DNA of 63,695 bases, filler included, from Choristocarpus tenellus KU-1152 (Eukaryota > Protista > Phaeophyceae), in the NCBI GenBank assembly GCA_964200185.2. It is 13 parts of 13 records of this genome, joined end to end, with 100 filler letters (N's around TTAATTAATTAA, not from the genome) between each part and the next. Parts side by side here need not be neighbours in the genome. Positions count along the whole stretch, not along the records: positions 52,254 to 60,855 come from CAXNAD020004540.1; positions 60,956 to 63,695 come from CAXNAD020025165.1; 11 more parts are not named here. One strand, 5' to 3'. The position numbers were made by a program, and so were the translations under genes. The number at the start of each line of letters is the position of its first letter. Position 1 is the first letter of the stretch. Shown here in pieces: positions 60,577 through 63,695 of the stretch. A model generated the notes under the pieces. That model was not told the DNA's origin and searched no databases. It worked only from the letters and a program-made list of their open reading frames with translations.

Positions 60577-63500
60577 CTGGAATGAGTACAAAAAACAACC
60601 ATGCAGCGGGAAACATCAACAACAGTTGTTGATGTTTCTGAGGAGTAGTGCCTTCCTTGCCACATTGTCACAGATATATCCTGCAATCGAGCTAACTGAC
60701 AGTGATCATCAGCTCAATACATCACAACACAACAGTAACATGCAACACCAAACCAGTTCAGTGTCAAAACAATGCTGCAACAAAAGATGGGGGAAGGGAA
60801 TGGGGGGGGGGGGAAAGGGGGGAAAGATTTATTAATCCTCTCCTTTGACACACAANNNNNNNNNNNNNNNNNNNNNNNNNNNNNNNNNNNNNNNNNNNNT
60901 TAATTAATTAANNNNNNNNNNNNNNNNNNNNNNNNNNNNNNNNNNNNNNNNNNNNTTCCCTCCAATTTGCCCTCTCTGGTTGCCCTTACGGTTTTTCACA
61001 GAAGCAGATCTTACTCAAATCTCAGGTTAATTTTTTTCTGGCCTAATAGCAAAAACTGGGTGCTGCCACATCATCTGTTTTGTCCTTTGAGGGTTGCTGT
61101 GTTATTTTGGTGCGTTAGTCACTCCAGCCTTGATGCACTCGTATCCCTCTGCAAACAAGGCAGTTTTGCGTGTGTGAATCCTACCTTGCATCAGACTATA
61201 GAAAAATGTTGGGTAGGGTTCGTTAATGTACTTTTGTTTGTGTCTATTCGAGAGGGAACACCTCAGCAGCTCATGTGCCAGAATCAGTATTATCTCTTAC
61301 ATGTGATGGGCATTATTTTCTACCTCCTCTTTATCACTTGAAGCTCACATATTACGTCTCCATTGCCCTTCATGGGGCACAGAGGCAACTGAACTCTGGA
61401 GCGACCTATAGCCCCATTTCACAGTGAAGCAGCATGCATATGAGATATACAAGACAAGAGTAGTATTGACTTCTAGTATCCACATAACGTTTTATGAAGG
61501 AATTGGCGGTCTGATGATGAGCGAGTCTTATTTTTTTCGCACCTTGAGTAATAATATACTTGCTCTTCTGTAGACGCGATAATATGAAAGTAAGATGGTG
61601 CAACACCAATCCCTGGAAGGGCAATAGTGTGGGAATTTCGGAGCCTTGCCAAGAAAGACACTAAGTTTGACATCCTTAATGATGTTTATGTGATAGTTAC
61701 AGTAACAGGAAGTCGTTCCTCCGTTCCCTTGGAGAGACAAAAAAAAAGAAGCAAGGTTTGACGAATAAGATGGAGATAGTACATCCAACAATTTTTGGTC
61801 ACAACCCACAGAAGACATGATTTCACCCGTGAGTGCGTAAGTATTTTGTCCACCGAAAAGACAGATTGGCCACACATAGTGGTAGCCTGCGTGCAAGGTT
61901 CATCATGCAATGCAAACTTCCCAACGAGAGCAACACCTTTCTACACACAATTAAAAAATCAAGGAGTACTCCTGAGTTGTATTTTCATTGTCGAATCTGG
62001 TATTTTATGTTTTGGGGTGTGAAATGGTTCAAGTAGTTGCTACTAGATATATTCTTTAAAATCAAAGTACAAACATTTAAAAGTCACTTCTCTTTAAAGA
62101 GCAATGTCACCCAACAAATAGGTCACTCTAATTTCTTCATGTTTATGAAAAATGGAATGCTGCTTTTTCATGGGGTAAAAATACGAAAGAAATATGTGGG
62201 ATGGTTGCTGTTAAACACCATTGAGGCGTCACTATTATACCAGGGCAGACAATCGCGACTCTTAACAGTTGCCACTAGGTCGCTGATGCCACAAATTTGG
62301 TTCACCTTCGCAGCCTTTGGGCACCAGATCACTCACTGCAGGGGTACTATGTAGTAGATACATGGTTCAACACTCACTGTCTGTCATGCTGGTCCTGCTG
62401 ATTCTACAACCCAAAACAGGGTACTTTATACTGGGATCCAGCTCTGACTGTCCTATAGTTTTCCTTGAGCGATTTTTAAAATCTGATGGGTGTATCCGGA
62501 TAGACTAGGTCAGAGTAAATGGCGAGCAAGGCACCCTCAACCCTAAGCCACTGTGCAATATGTATATCCAGAACCTCTCCAAAACAAAAATAGTCAGGGA
62601 TTCGTGAAGGACAAATTTCCAGCATATCCCGCAGCAGGTGAAACAGTTACTGTTCAATTCCTCACTGGATAAGTAAACTATCCGATCTCTGTATATATGA
62701 GTATGAACACTTATACTGCTACATAGAAATGTTGTTCAGTCTATAGTGACTTCCTTTCCCCTAACCCTAACCCGCTTATGTATTAAGTGGATGTGACCTC
62801 TCCCAGGTCTCCGAACAAGGGAAAGCAGAAAAGAGATAAAATATACCTCGAACTATACTCTATTGTAGGTGGGACAACCAATGTTCCTTATATTGTGTGG
62901 GTAGAATGTTTTTCGACAGTAACCGTGAAGTAAAGAATGGGTCAGAGTCCCAGTAGAGGATCCAACTGTCACGACAACAGAAAACTCAAAATAGAAGGTA
63001 AGCAACATGTAAAGTGACATCAAAATGCACTACAACACATTTCAAGGCATAAAAAAGGCGGTCATCACAACAAACCACACCAAAAGATGACACGAATAAG
63101 AGCACAATATCTTCAATTACATCTCACAACAAAGTAGACACATATACATGTACTCTACCCACAACCTGAGCCTAAACTATTACTTTCCTAGAAAAGGTTT
63201 TTGGTTGGACCGGTGATCAACAGGCGGTCTTGTCATTCAGCAATACAAAGCAGGAAGGGATGGATGTAGAGGGCTTTCAATTTTCTTCAAAAAAAGGAAG
63301 CAGTAATCTTACACTCTGCTCATATGAGGTACAGAAAGGTCCTTGAAAGAGCTTCAGAATCGAACCGTCAATTATAATGGCATATCCTTCCGACAACCAC
63401 AACCCCACACCATAGGATAAATTGTCACAGGCAATGGACCTTAGTGGTAGTTTCACAAACGCCATTATGACCTTGAAGATTTTATATATTGCGCTTCTTC

Positions 63501-63695
63501 AATTTACTATTTATTCATTGTGAGACCATTCATTGCCTGTCTCTGGTTTGTTCAGTTCGTCTGTATACACCAATCAAAGCAATGTATTGAATAGGTATGA
63601 ACACTTCAAGGTGCTTAGGGTGGTGAGAAGCACATGAAAACGATTTCGCAACCACTCATGTGTCCACACCCACTGGTATGAGTCCAATTGCAAGG

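Noticed and set aside
2877-60955. Regularly recurring TTAATTAATTAA flanked by Ns, and gene neighbourhoods across it
   Set aside because: Artificial linker between contigs. It is not a biological repeat and gives no synteny information.
60956-63695. Decayed coding-like frames on the minus strand
   Set aside because: Multiple stops and no motif that could be named with confidence.

Overview
Eukaryotic, intron-rich genomic DNA, most likely a stramenopile or brown alga (inferred from gene content, long introns and short TTAGGG-type motifs). It is not one locus: 13 contigs are joined by 12 artificial 100-bp linkers (44 N + TTAATTAATTAA + 44 N), so adjacency across a linker means nothing. Host genes reconstructed by hand from GT-AG exons are a complete 9-exon OGFOD1/Tpa1 2OG-Fe(II) prolyl hydroxylase and partial genes for a kinesin-14, a CDF/ZnT zinc transporter, an LMAN/ERGIC-53-like membrane protein, a probable kinase (first exon only) and an 'HPLEVIFFKTNR' protein. 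The rest is layered mobile DNA: CRE-like non-LTR remnants, Copia and Ty3/Gypsy remnants, a solo LTR, a long foldback element and about 20 copies of short TIR elements sharing the terminus GRSYCAAAGTATCT, plus the 3' half of a probable autonomous partner. The most unusual item (8219-11892) is a decayed, spliced gene with bacterial ParB-like architecture (DGNHR domain plus HTH). It sits head-to-head with a Cys-rich, possibly transposase-like ORF, and an array of 200-270 bp direct repeats lies between them. No database searches were run; family calls rest on motif recognition.
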